From Macrostomum hystrix (taxonomy: Eukaryota; Animalia; Platyhelminthes), in assembly GCA_950097015.1 (NCBI GenBank), contig CATNEN010000007.1, forward strand, positions 10,788,001 to 10,852,000: DNA of 64,000 bases, given 5' to 3'. A program made the translations under genes and the position numbers. Shown here piece by piece: positions 49,955-62,467 of this stretch (positions within the stretch are counted from its first letter, which is position 1; every line of letters starts with the position of its first letter). The notes beneath the pieces were generated by a model, which did not search any database, was not told the origin of the DNA, and worked only from the letters and a program-made list of their open reading frames with translations.

Positions 49955-50403
49955 CTCAATTCGAATTTCAACTTTATTCTGCAGTCAAACTGCGGTTTTG
50001 TGAAGTGAATAATTACTGAATAACTAAAATTGAATGTTTAACTAAACGCAAGAGGTACATAATCGGTGAATCCACCATAATTTTTCCATTCTTCGTTCTC
50101 GAGTTTGTTCTCGGTTGTCTCGAGTGCAACAGACATGATGATGGTTTCATGTACGAGCATTGTAAATAGCGTGTCCTTTTATTCCGTGACAAATCAGATT
50201 TAGATAGCTAGTCGGAACGCAGTACTATATTACTGAATTTCTTACTGTATATGTACTGTACAAGCCTTTTACCGAATACAAATAAGAAATCAAACAGTCG
50301 GGCTAATTCTAACAGCGAGTTATATTTTCTAGGAAATACTGGGCAATGCAGGTGCAGCGTGACTTCAGTCCGTCACGGCCTCTCATCCATCCAGGCTCTG
50401 CTC

Positions 50404-52287
50404 TCAGCCGTAGTTCAATCGGTAGGCAAAATGAGAGGCTGAGACATTGGCCAGCAGCTCCAGCAGCTCGGCCAGCGAGATCACGGAGGAGCCCATCCAG
50501 AGGCCGAGGATGCCACCAAGATGCGACAGCAGGTCCACAGTGGAGTAGCTGCGCTCCTCGGCGATGTAGACGACGCTGAGGCTGAAGGGATACACCTGCA
50601 CCCTGAGGAAGTGCCTGGAGATGAACTTTTGCACCTGCAGGCAGTGGCTCTCATTGGCGAACTTTCTGTTGCTGTCCATGCGGGTGCAGTCGCCCGGGCG
50701 CAGCTGGCGGGCCCGCACGGCCCTCACCACGGCGGGCAGGCGGTCCACGGGCAGGCTGGAGTTGGCGAACTGCTTCAGGTAGGCGTCCAAAATGCCGGAG
50801 AAGGTCTGGAAGATCAGCCTGGCGTCGTAGCGGCCGTGCTGGTGGCTGGCAGAGTCGGGCAGCTCCGAGGTGAAGATCTGAAACTGGTAGCCAGTCGAGG
50901 AGCACTGGTCCTCGGCGTGCTCGGCCTCCTCCACGAGCTGCTCGGTGAGCCGCTGGTGACACTGCAGCGCCTCCCAGTTGCGCCACAGGTCCGGCATGTG
51001 GTCCCGCACGAGGTCCCTGCAGGCGGAGAAGTTGCCAGCAAGAAGCAGGTCGCCGCACAGAGCCCGGACTCGCCGGTGAAATCCCTGGAAGCCGCCGCCC
51101 TGTGCGTCAAACAGGTCGTCGCAATGGCGGCCGGGCCTCAGGTGAGTCGGCAGGCCGACGGGACCCGTGGGAAGGCAGCCACACCTGGCCTGGATCTGCT
51201 CCGCCTCCTGCCACTCCAGCCGGTCCGCCAGGCTGGTCTTGTACGTTCTGACCGTCGGCACGAGCGGGTCGCGAACGAAGAACTCAGAGGCCTCCTCACA
51301 CGGTCTCTGGGGCGTGTTGAGCAGCTGGGTGCGCACCTCTCTAAGGCCGATCTTGGTCTCGTGGCTGGTCGCTGCCATGATCGAGTCCTCGCTGACCCTG
51401 GGCACCGAGTTGGCCTCGTGCGCTGTCACCAGCACCCCATTGGTTTCCAGGCCCGTGTCCGTGGAGCCGTCCAGCACGGCCGGGTCGCTCCAGTTGCGGA
51501 AGTGCGGGTCGGAGGCTGGCGAGTACAGGATGAGGCTCAGGCCATCGTGCGGCCTCTCCTGGACGCCCTGCGGCCGGAAGGTGAAGCAGTTGCCGTACTG
51601 CCTGTGGTAGAAGGCGGAGAACTGAGACGGCTGGCAGAGCGAGTCGCAGAACTTGCACTGGATCAGCAGGTCCTGCACCGACACTCCCAGCGCGGTGGCG
51701 TTGCCCAGAAAGTGCAGCCCCGGCAGCGACTTGGGCAGGCCGAACAGGCCATGCGAGAGCAGCAGGAAGTCGCTGAGGTCGGGCACCCGCCGCAGCGCCG
51801 CCGGGTAGCCGGCCCTGAAGAAGCGCATCTGCCACGCCTCGCACACCGTCACGCTGGGGAACCTGAAGTCGTTGAGGATCTCCCGCGTTGAGGACTGCAG
51901 CGGGAACTTGTAGTACTCCGACACCTGCTGGAACACGTGCAGGCCCAGGCAGCTCAGCATCCCCGCCAGAACCACCGCCCAGGCCGCGCCACAAGGGGCC
52001 GCGCCCACGTGCCACAGGCCGTGAATGGCCGCCGTGTCCAGAAACCTGGCGACCGTCAGCCTGCGGTGCCGGGACAGCGCCAGCTCGCGAGTCTGCCTGC
52101 CGCCGCCTCCGCCGATGGGCGCCTCCGAGGCGGCAGGCCGCGTCGAGCCCTCCGCCTCGTCACGCAGGACCCACACTGGCAGCTCCTCTTGAGGGACCGG
52201 CATCTCGTCTCTGCCAGTTGGAACACTTCTTCTACACTGAAGGTCTGAGCGAAACGATATTCCTGGAATCCGCGCTGTCGGTTTCAT
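50404..52287 (-). CDS. DEG/ENaC (ASIC/FaNaC-like) ion channel subunit, single coding exon; start may be 52203
   Basis: Pre-M1 'IHG', TM1, 'FPSVTVC', 'YGNCFTF', Cys-rich thumb 'CGCLP', TM2 'GGILGLWMGSSVISLAE'. Confidence 0.92.
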   Translation of the reverse strand: MKPTARIPGISFRSDLQCRRSVPTGRDEMPVPQEELPVWVLRDEAEGSTRPAASEAPIGGGGGRQTRELALSRHRRLTVARFLDTAAIHGLWHVGAAPCGAAWAVVLAGMLSCLGLHVFQQVSEYYKFPLQSSTREILNDFRFPSVTVCEAWQMRFFRAGYPAALRRVPDLSDFLLLSHGLFGLPKSLPGLHFLGNATALGVSVQDLLIQCKFCDSLCQPSQFSAFYHRQYGNCFTFRPQGVQERPHDGLSLILYSPASDPHFRNWSDPAVLDGSTDTGLETNGVLVTAHEANSVPRVSEDSIMAATSHETKIGLREVRTQLLNTPQRPCEEASEFFVRDPLVPTVRTYKTSLADRLEWQEAEQIQARCGCLPTGPVGLPTHLRPGRHCDDLFDAQGGGFQGFHRRVRALCGDLLLAGNFSACRDLVRDHMPDLWRNWEALQCHQRLTEQLVEEAEHAEDQCSSTGYQFQIFTSELPDSASHQHGRYDARLIFQTFSGILDAYLKQFANSSLPVDRLPAVVRAVRARQLRPGDCTRMDSNRKFANESHCLQVQKFISRHFLRVQVYPFSLSVVYIAEERSYSTVDLLSHLGGILGLWMGSSVISLAELLELLANVSASHFAYRLNYG

Positions 52288-53836
52288 TTTCTTGCCTATT
52301 TCTCATTCTTTTTTGCAACTCGCTGGCCAATGGCACTCCGCTTGCCTCCGGGCTCGCGCTGCCCCCCCTTCCCCAACTCCCAGGGGCAGCCGAATAAAAA
52401 CCAGTCGATCCGAGGGGATTTTTATTTGCCCGAACACCGGACGAATTAATTGACGCCCAAGGGGGGCAGGCAGGCTGCCGAGTGGGCCTTGTACACAGCT
52501 GAGCCGGTGCAGCCACTCGAGGCCGCAAATTCATTCCGGGTACAGGCCCGCCACCGCCTTGGTTAGCGCGGTATTGCCAGGCGGCAAGCAGTGTAGGGAC
52601 AATGTGCCAGTCATGCCATCGACTTTCCAATTCTCGCAAGAGTTTCGCAGATCAATCGAATGCACAGCGGGGAAATTTGTTGGCAAGAAAACAGACCTCC
52701 CAACTGTCCCTATGCTCCGATAGGCATGCAAACTATGCTTGTTGAGTGCTTGAAAATGATACAGCTAGCAACAGCTAGCGCAAAATAATTGTTAGAAGTG
52801 AATGCTGCCGACAAGAAAGGAGGCAGGTAGACAGCTGTTCCATTTGTACATGCATGCGCGTGCAGCTGATATTGCCTGCGGTTTAGCAGACTTTAAAAGT
52901 CAGTTGGAATTAACCGAGTTTAGTCAGTCAAGCAGAAGTGCAGGCATGAGGCTTGTAGGAGAACGTTGAGTGGGCTAGGACAAGGGAAACAAGAGTCCAC
53001 TGGACTAAAGAACGAAAAGATAATTTATTCCTGCTGTCTCCTTTGAGTTGGCAGTTTTTTACTGGTCGCTGCAAATAGTCATGGAAAGTAGTATAATTTG
53101 GTTAAATTAAAGCAGAAATGGAAGTTAACTGTCTTTTTATCAATAAAGAGCGATCTTGATTAAAATATACAAGGGAGACATGCCACAAAAGCGGTATCAA
53201 AGCGTTAATTGTAGAAAGTTTAGTTAGCGGTGCGCACATCCAGCTACTGATAAGTAGAAATGGAAGAACATTTCAGAAAATTTCTTTGACTCAGAAACTT
53301 CAATTTGGTCACTTAGGCCAAAAGTGCAGACTTGGCTAAAATTTTCGGGAAGAATGAACAGTAGGAATGTAACAGTCGGGAAAAGATAAAAACTTGTCAA
53401 ATATTGTAGTCAGTAGGCGGCAGTGCTAGTTGTACAATTGTAAAACATAAAATTGGAAGTCCATGATAAAATACGGATTTAAAACATTTTGTCCACGGAA
53501 AAGCAAAGCATAAAAACTTGTTAAATTGACAATGACCTGCACCTGATGATTCCTTTCTAAACCCATTTCTTCTAGTGCCCAATGTCTGTCGTAAGCCGTT
53601 ACAGCATTCCAATTGTTAACACCAGTATTGCGGTCAAGAATGACTTCCGTGACGAGTTGTAAGTTTAAATTTAACAGAAATGGACGAATTACCGAAAAAT
53701 TTAACAGAAGTCCGATACCGTCGAAAAAATGTTTTTTAACACTACTGCTAGTAGTTTCAATGAGAAAATTCCCTGTCGCGTGATTATTACGAATGAAGAA
53801 TGCCCCCTACAAGCAACACATGTCCTAGGCTCGAGC

Positions 53837-56468
53837 TCAGTAGGCCCCGCTCCTGTACCCTACAGGCGGAGCCGCGCCAGCCATGCCCTGAGAGTAGCCG
53901 CTGTGCATAGACATTGTGTGCTGGCCTTGGCCCCTGGCCGCACCGGCTGCATACACTGAGCCGGCGGCCGACATCGCCGGAGCCTGCGCGCCCGGCTGCA
54001 GATAGGTGAAGCCGGACTTGCCATCTTGCCTGAAAGGTGCGGGATGCGGAATATGGGATGCGGATTATGCGATGCGGAATATGGGATGCGGATTATGCGA
54101 TGCGGAATGTGGGATGCGGATTATGCGATGCGGAATATGGGATGTGGATTATGCGATGCGGAATGTGGGATGTGGATTATGCGATGCGGAATGTGGGATG
54201 TGGATTATGCGATGCGGAATGTGGGATGCGGATTATGCGATGCGGAATATGGGATGCGGATTATGCGATGCGGAATGTGGGATGCGGATTATGCGATGCG
54301 GAATGTGGGATGCGGATTATGCGATGCGGAATATGGGATGCGGATTATGCGATGCGGAATATGGGATGCGGATTATGCGATGCGGAATATGGGATGCGGA
54401 TTATGCGATGCGGAATGTGGGATGCGGATTATGCGATGCGGATTATACGATGCGGAATATGGAATGCGGATTATGCGATGCGGAATGTGGGATGCGGATT
54501 ATGCGATGCGGAATGTGGGATGCGGATTATGCGATGCGGAATATGGGATGCGGATTATGCGATGCGGAATATGGGATGCGGATTATGCGATGCGGAATAT
54601 GGGATGCGGATTATGCGATGCGGAATATGGGATGCGGATTATGCGATGCGGAATGTGGGATGCGGATTATGCGATGCGGAATGTGGGATGCTAGTTATTG
54701 GATTCCGAAAGTGGGGTGTGGATTATGGGATTTGGAAAGTGGAAGGTTCATTATGGGATGCGGAATGTGGGACGCATAATTTGAGGTGAGCAGCTCAAAA
54801 TAAAGCGTGTGAACATGGGAAGTGGCATACGGAGACCATACGGAGAGGTGGTCCATGGGAACATTAAAGCAAAGCAGAATGTGGGATGAAGAACGTTAAA
54901 AATCAAAGGAAAAACTGAATTGTAGCGTACAACAAGAGTACATTATAGTGTGATTTTTGTGTGGAATGCGGCAGTAAGGATTGTCGTTCCTGGAAAAATT
55001 TTGAGAAGCAGTGAATGAAAGGCACGTCCTGGTCAGATCAGAAGTCGGAACTTAAACAAGACATGATTGTGAATGAATCAAAGGCAAGAGATGGGGAAAA
55101 TCATGATGTTACAGACTCTCAGGTCACGGCAGCTCACCTGTTGTCGTCCTCCTTGTCATTCTTGTACACCATGAACAGGAACACGCAGGAGATGGCGCTG
55201 AAGAAGCAGGCCAGGACAGCGAAGGCGTAGGACCAGGACAGGTGCTGATGGTCGGGCCGGGGCATCCAGTTGCGGTCCTCGACCTTCACACCGAACACGA
55301 TGACGCTAAGGAAGAGGAGCAGCGCAGCAGCGCCCTGTGTGCCACAGCAGATGGCAGACTCGGCCGACCGGCTGCCCAGGATGAGGAAGTGGAACAGGAC
55401 GCACAGCAGGCTAACACAGTGGCAGATGAATGCCATGCCGCACATAGCCTCCACAGCAATGAACCATGGCGGGTCGATCCACTCCCACAGTCCCTTGTTC
55501 CACAGGTTCCAGTCGAAGATCCAGAAGCAGCCAGTCCATTCAGTGCCAAAGTTGTCCTACACATGTGGGGTGGGTTTGTAACTTCTAATCAAATCATGCT
55601 CTTTATTTGCAATCAAATCACTGTAAAAATAACTATTCTTCCGATTATAGGCAACACATTCTGAGAAAAAATGTTATTATTATATTTAACTAAAGTAGCT
55701 ATGAAACAACAATGAATATAATACACACCAACGACTGGTTTGTATATTTACAAATATTTCATAATAGATAGCTAGACTAGCTAGGGCAAATGAAAAGCTT
55801 TTAAGATTTTGCCCATTGAAAACATCATATATGTGTTTATTACCATTGTTTGGTTCAAACAAGCTATAGCTATAAAAATGATTGATCAAACAACAAAAAT
55901 TTATATGACAAAATAAAGTTTTGTCTTTAATTATACTATATGTAAAGATTAATAGTAATATTGTAGAGGGATATTGTAGAGGAACGTTGATAAAAAAGAA
56001 CTGGGATGAATTCTAAATAGTTTAAAGGTCAGTTAGTTTTGTCAACGTTCAAATGCCACAGCGAGAGTTGGTATACCTAATGCGTAGGGGCCTATCTCAA
56101 TTTTACAAAAAAACACGTCTTGATACCTCAATTTATTAGGAAATCAAATAAATATAACATTTTAAAGACTCGCGGAAGGTCTGGGACTTCAGGCAACTAG
56201 CATTACCAAACACTCACAACAATATGTAGCATAGAAAATAATCTCATACCTTAGGATGAACGAATTTTTCGAAGCAAACAGACCACAGACCCAATTTAAG
56301 AAAGGGATTCTTTGTGTCTGGGTAGGATTGAAGCCAGTAAGGGCTGCAAAACGCTAGAAAGTGCAGCAAGATGCTTGCCAAAGTAGTCGCGAATGCTCCA
56401 TAAAACGGCAAATCATAGATGGGATTTCCTTGCAACTTATCGGGCTTCTTAGGGTTAGTAGAAATCAT
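53837..56468 (-). CDS. Claudin/PMP22-like tetraspan protein (exons 56468-56249, ~55555-55138, 54029-53837)
   Basis: 'SPYW...GLWSVC' signature, second Cys in 'GCFW', four TMs, 'WMPRPDHQHLSWSY'. The spliced tail ends ...RSGAY*. Confidence 0.88.
54040..54690. repeat. 28-bp minisatellite (GATGCGGATTATGCGATGCGGAAT(A/G)TGG)n
   Basis: Tandem units, each a dimer of a 14-mer, in an intron of the claudin-like gene. Confidence 0.97.
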
Positions 56469-58251
56469 CTTGCGTTACAAAGCCGATATTGCAGTCGGCG
56501 CAAGTTTGACAATCAGTGCTTAAAAAGCAGAAAATCAATGCGGAATCAGATATTTTAAATTTATTCTTGTTCCGGGAGATAACGAATTATAACGAAAATT
56601 ATACGATTAGTTAAGAATACAAATGAAAAATATTGTTATTGCAATTTCTTTTCTTTAATTTATTCATTACGTTTTGCTGTTTTTCTTAAAAAGTAAGAAC
56701 ACTTTTTCGAATGTGCTGCACACGGGCAGTCTGTCAGTAAGCGAAAGTTCTAGACCGAGTTCCAAGCTTTGTGCTTTCCAACGACGGAGGGATTGCTATA
56801 TTTGTCAATGATACAAAATCTGTAGCAGTTAATAGTAGCAGTAGTTATTTATATAAAACCGCTCCAAAGAGTTTTGTGACAATGATTAATTTAAGTGTAT
56901 TTAGCATGTCTGCTCTCTCCCACTATGTATATGTTTGCAATAGTTGAATAATTTTACATTTTTAACTAAGAAACGCTTGTTTAGCCGAAAATGTTGCACT
57001 TATTTATCTAATTGATATGAATTTAAGTTAATATTGATATTGAACTGAAACATGTTATTGACCAATTACCCTCGAAATAATAATAATCCTATTGTGCCTT
57101 TACCGTTTATACATTCTTACAGGCACAGCTTGCTAGATTAATGCTCAAATGCAAGTAGCTAAATTCTAGTTTTTTTCTGTATATACATTTACTTTTTATA
57201 AGCCTAATGCTAGAATAAAAGGTTCTGAAGCTTAAAAGCCTTGATTATGTGTAAATTTTTACTTAAAACAAACAAGACAACAAACATTGTCTTGCAACTA
57301 AAATGGGTTTCATTGAATTTTTTTGTTTCACAATGTTTATCTTAGTTTATTTGTTTGTCTAAAGATGAAGTCCCTTACTGCCTTAGTAACTTATTTTTCT
57401 GTCTTTTGCATTTAGAGCATTTATTCTTTTATGCTAACAAACCTGTTTTAAGCATTAGAAAATGTTTAAGACTAAGTTAATTTGAGAGAATTGTTTTTTA
57501 CCATTAGCATGCTATTTTCTAAACTTTCAAAGCTAGAGAGCCCTGAAAGTTTCAACTTGGATGGCTATCCATTGATTGAAAAGTACAAAAATTGTCAAGT
57601 TTTGTTGTCTTGATAGACATGATAGCCAGCTATTGGTAAATAGTAATAATGAACTATTATATATAGTTGTAATTTTTTAATACTTTACTTAATCATTAGC
57701 TAGCTAACTAATTGGAGTAAGAGTAGACTAGACTTAGTAAGAACTAAAGCTATAAATAATTTTATAAGAAAATTGTATTTGTCAGGTAATAATACATATT
57801 GCATAGGACAAAATGAATAGGCCTATCTACAGTGAGGAAGTGATAAACTTATATATTTAACTAAAAAGGCTAAATTTAGAATTCTTGCTATATATATATG
57901 TTTTTTATCATAATTTTGAAACTTTGCACTGATAAATTGTTATTATAAAAAAGCTTTACATAACCTCCAAGTACAGTAGCTAATATTAAATACCATTTTC
58001 AAGCTTATTGTTGGATCAAGAATCAGTTACAAATTTTCTAGTTTCCAGTAGTTTAAAATTTTTATTTGAAACTACCCAATAGGCCTACCCAAACAGAAAC
58101 TACCCAATCGAATTTTATAATACTAATATAAGTTAATAGACAATCTACATTTTCATTCATGCTATCAAAGCTAGTTTGCCATCTGTAGGTTAGTATAGCA
58201 GAATGTACATGCAAGTGATGGGCCAGACCTTTTATATTGTTGCCTAAACCT

Positions 58252-61136
58252 ATGCTGCAGAATAGCCTAAGTGAAGCAAGCACTGAGCAGCAGCCACAGC
58301 AGCAAGCAGCAAATGCTGGCTATGTAGCAGTGAAGACAGAGTATCTTCTGCCTCCGGCTTTGTCGGCGCCACAGGCAGCTGAAACAGAGGCAGACAGTCA
58401 AAAGCAGCAGCAGCAGCAGTCAGAGCAGTCCAAGTCTTGCAAGCGCAGGCCCTACCTACCGGAGAGGCCGGCCGAGTGCCGCTCGTTCTTTGCCGATGGC
58501 GCCTGTCAATTCGGCGCCGCCTGCCGCCTGTCGCACGACCTGCCGGCCTACCTGGCCAGCCGGCCACCAGATCTGGGCCCCACCTGCTACGTCTTCGAGA
58601 CCACCGGGCGCTGTTCCAGCGGCCTGCTATGCCGGTTCGCTGGCGCCCACGTCGATGCCCACGGGCGCAACCTGACCGACCCTGAACGGCAGCGGGCGTG
58701 GGCGGCCGCCGGCCAATCCGAGCAGCAGAGCCTGGACCGGGAGCTGCAGCTGGCCCTGCGCAAGGAGGATTTCGACTTTAGCGAGGCGTACGCTGTGAGT
58801 CCGCTTGAATATTTGCGGTCAGGTTTAGCCAACTTATTGCTGCACTCACAATGTGTGACTGAGTACAAAGACAAATCCCTGCATCTCATTATTAAGATCC
58901 TCAGAAAACGCGGCGTTCAGTGCAAAGGCCGCTGGGCTGCCGCTGCTTCCAGGGCCGAGGCGGCTACTGCTGCTAAAGCAAATTCTGGCTTATCGCAATT
59001 ATCAGCTTCTCCTGCCGAGTCTTCTGCGCCGACTGCTGAGTCAACGGCACCCGCTGCCGAGTCTTCTGCGCCGACTGCTGAGTCAACGGCACCCGCTGCC
59101 GAGTCTTCTGCGCCGACTGCTGAGTCAACGGCACCCGCTGCCGAGTCTTCTGCGCCGACTGCTGAGTCAACGGCACCCGCTGCCGAGTCTTCTGCGCCGA
59201 CTGCTGAGTCAACGGCACCCGCTGCCGAGTCTTCTGCGCCGACTGCTGAGTCAACGGCACCCGCTGCCGAGTCTTCTGCGCCGACTGCTGAGTCAACGGC
59301 ACCCGCTGCCGAGTCTCCCTCGCAAACTGCCAAGCCGGCAGCTCATACGGTGGGTTCTCTCGCGCTGGCGTCGCCCAAGCGTCGCGTCGACTTCCGCGGC
59401 AAGCTGCTGCTGGCACCGCTAACCACTGTTGGCAACCTGCCATTTCGTCGCGTCTGCGTTGATCTCGGTGCCGATGTGACTTGCGGCGAGATGGCGATGG
59501 CTTCCAACCTGCTGCAGGGCCGCAACGCCGAGTGGGCCCTGCTGCGCCGGCACCCCAGCGAGCGGTACTTCGGGGCGCAGGTGAGTGTCGGTAACTAAGC
59601 CTGCTTGCATTCCACAAAGGTCACAGTTTGGGCGTCACTGCACCAGAGCAGGCAGATAAAAGTATCGTGCTAATTATAATTCTAACCCAGGTGTGCGGCT
59701 CCCACCCGGACCAGCTGGCTAGACTGGCCCAGCTGCTGCGGGAGCGGGCGCCCCACCTGGACTTTGTGGACCTGAACTGTGGCTGTCCCATCGACTTGGT
59801 GTACCAGCGCGGCATGGGAGCCGGCATGCTGAGCCAGCCGAAGCGCCTGGAGACCTCCGTCGCCTGCATGGCCGACCTGCTCGCCTGCCCGCTGACTGTC
59901 AAGGTGCGAACCGGCGTGCGCGAAGGCGTCAACGTGGCTCACGAGCTGCTGCCCAGGCTGCGGGCCGCCGGCGCAGCTGCCGTTACCATCCATGGCAGGT
60001 CGCGTGAGCAGCGCTACCGGCGCCTGGCCGACTGGGACTACATCGGCCGCTGCGCCGCCTCCGCCAGGGAGGCGTGTCAGGGTCAGTCATTGCTAGTGGA
60101 GCTCTGCGATATATCCATGGTCGGGTCAAAGTAGACGATCCTTGATGATAGATGTATCACGTGGTTGGGTCAAAGTAGGCAATCCTTAATGCCAGATGTG
60201 TCACGTGGTCGGGTCAAAGTAAGCAATCCTTAATGCCAGATGTGTCACGTGATCGGGTCAAAGTAGGCAATCCTTAATGCCAGATGTGTCACGTGGTCGG
60301 GTCAAAGTAAGCAATCCTTAATGCCAGATGTGTCACGTGATCGGGTCAAAGTAGGCAATCCTTAATGCCAGATGTATCACGTGGTTGAGTCAATAGTGTC
60401 CACAGGCGATCTCCAAGTGGAATGAGAATCCCAAAAATGTGTTCGTATTGTTTGTTTGAATTAAACTTCCCGCATCAGCCGTATCAGATGTACTGTAGTA
60501 ATTTTTTTGTCAGAAATTCCCAGTCAAGAAGGGGTTTAGCTGGAAATGATCACTGTGCGTGTCTCAATCGGCAAAAAACATTCCTTGATCCTATCGAGCA
60601 ATAGTGCAAACTCCCTGCTTTTCCCATATATTCCAGACAGCGCCTCTGACGATGATGATGGCTTCCTTGTCGTCGGCAACGGCGATGTGTTCAGCCCGGC
60701 CGACCTCGAGGCCGCTATGGCCACCGGAGTCGACGCAGTCATGGTCGCCAGGGGCGCGCTGGTCAAGCCCTGGCTGTTCACTGAGCTGCGCGAAGGCCGC
60801 CTGTGGGACATCAGCAGCTCGGAGCGCATGGACCTGCTGCGCCGCTACGTCAACTACGGCCTGCTGCACTGGGGCAGCGACTCCAAGGGCGTGGAGACGG
60901 TCCGCCGCTTCCTGCTGGAGTGGCAGTCCTTCCTCTGCCGCTACGTTCCGGTCGGCCTCCTAGAGCGACTGCCACAGCGCAGCAACGAGAGGCCGCCGCC
61001 TTACTTCGGTCGGGACGACCTGGAGACACTCATGGCCAGCCAGCACAGCGAGGACTGGGTCCGGCTGTCCACCATGCTTCTGGGCCCGCCGCCACCCGGC
61101 TTCTCCTTCACTCCCAAGCACAAGGCCAGCGGCTGA
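58252..61136 (+). CDS. DUS3L: tRNA-dihydrouridine(47) synthase DUS3-like; start uncertain
   Basis: Two CCCH fingers, '[14 protein letters not shown]', 'TCGEMA', catalytic 'DLNCGCP', 'HGRSREQRY', 'GNGD', 'ARGALVKPW' and C-terminal 'F.PKHKA'. Confidence 0.95.
60140..60395. repeat. 44-bp minisatellite in a DUS3L intron
   Basis: Units (CACGTGGTCGGGTCAAAGTAAGCAATCCTTAATGCCAGATGTGT) visible. Confidence 0.93.
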
Positions 61137-62467
61137 ACTGTGACCTGTTTCAGCTTACAAACTCGATGCGTTCAGACAGGATAATTTGGGATTATTGGGT
61201 TTCCTCAGTTTCTCCTGAATTTAATTAGCAGCTCTGTTAATGATAATTTGATGACGGAATTTCTATTTTGTATTATTTCACCCAGGGTGCTTGTGCTTGT
61301 GTGTCGATATGATTTTATCATGGCGATGATGCGTCAAATGCCAAGGACCACTGTAAGTTGAAGGACATTGCACTGTGAAGATCGATTCGGTCAACTTTGC
61401 TCATAATTATATTGAGGTAACGCGAAGAAAACAACAAAAAAACTGCTCCCGCCGAAGGGGGAAGAAATCAAAGCACGTGTCTGGGCCAACGATCCCAAAG
61501 TCACATCCGCCAGCTTAGTCGCGGGATGACTCTCACAATTTGAAGAGGAACTGATATTCTCATCTCCTCGACTTGTTGCTAAGCTATGTTGGCCTCTGCA
61601 GATCGCGAGTGCAAAGTCTTTCTCCTTGTCCTTTTTTAAGCTTGAATCTATTATATATGCAACTAAACAAAATTATACTTGCATTCTTTACAGTGATGCA
61701 TTTTTCACAGCAATGTGCTGAGCTGATTTGCAGCTCAATTTGTTCTCTTGGAGTCAAACAGTTTTTCTAGCTTTCAGTCTTCACCTGCTTTCTTACTCGT
61801 ACATGCACAAACTTTACACCTGTCTTGTACTCACTGTTTCGCAGCTATTTCAGCTGAGTATGAGGATTGTCAGGGACTCAGATTATATATCAATTTATGA
61901 TTCCCGACAGTGCGACTTTCCCGACCTAGCATTGAGTGAAAATCAAAGCGACGCTTGAAATAGTTTTCCTGACCATTTAAACTCCAAAGACTGGGCCAAT
62001 CAAAGCTATGTTAAAAGTACATATATATTTTTGCGAGACAGTTCAAAAACTGATACCAAGCACCACTATACAGAAAACGATTTATAAACGAGTAATTGAT
62101 AAATTCGATGTACCTTACTCAATTCCTAAATTTTATTATCAACTTCATTTGGATCGAACTGTCCATTAGTCAGTGGAGTTAACTATAGTAACATGGGATG
62201 CTTTTGGCGTTGAAAGTTCGTTAATTAACTGATCGTTGCGTGGGATTATGCAGTTGTGCTATTATTGCATCGGACTATCCATCAGCACAAAACACAGTTC
62301 TATTCCAGTAAAAAAATTCGGTGTTTAATTAGAAAAACAGGGGACTTGCAAAGCAGTCCATACGAACCGAAGAAGGCATACAAATGTATAAATAAACGGA
62401 AGCTAAATTTGCGTGCAAAAATTGCAAGTTTGGTTCATGGGTTCATCCGCTGGCAGTCTGGGAGCAT

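Noticed and set aside
50521-51891. 456-aa ORF on +, and similar antisense ORFs over the VWA5A-like and MCM8 exons
   Set aside because: Shadow ORFs caused by GC3-rich codon usage on the coding strand.
54006-54789. Cys-rich metallothionein-like ORFs
   Set aside because: A 28-bp intronic minisatellite read antisense to the claudin-like gene.
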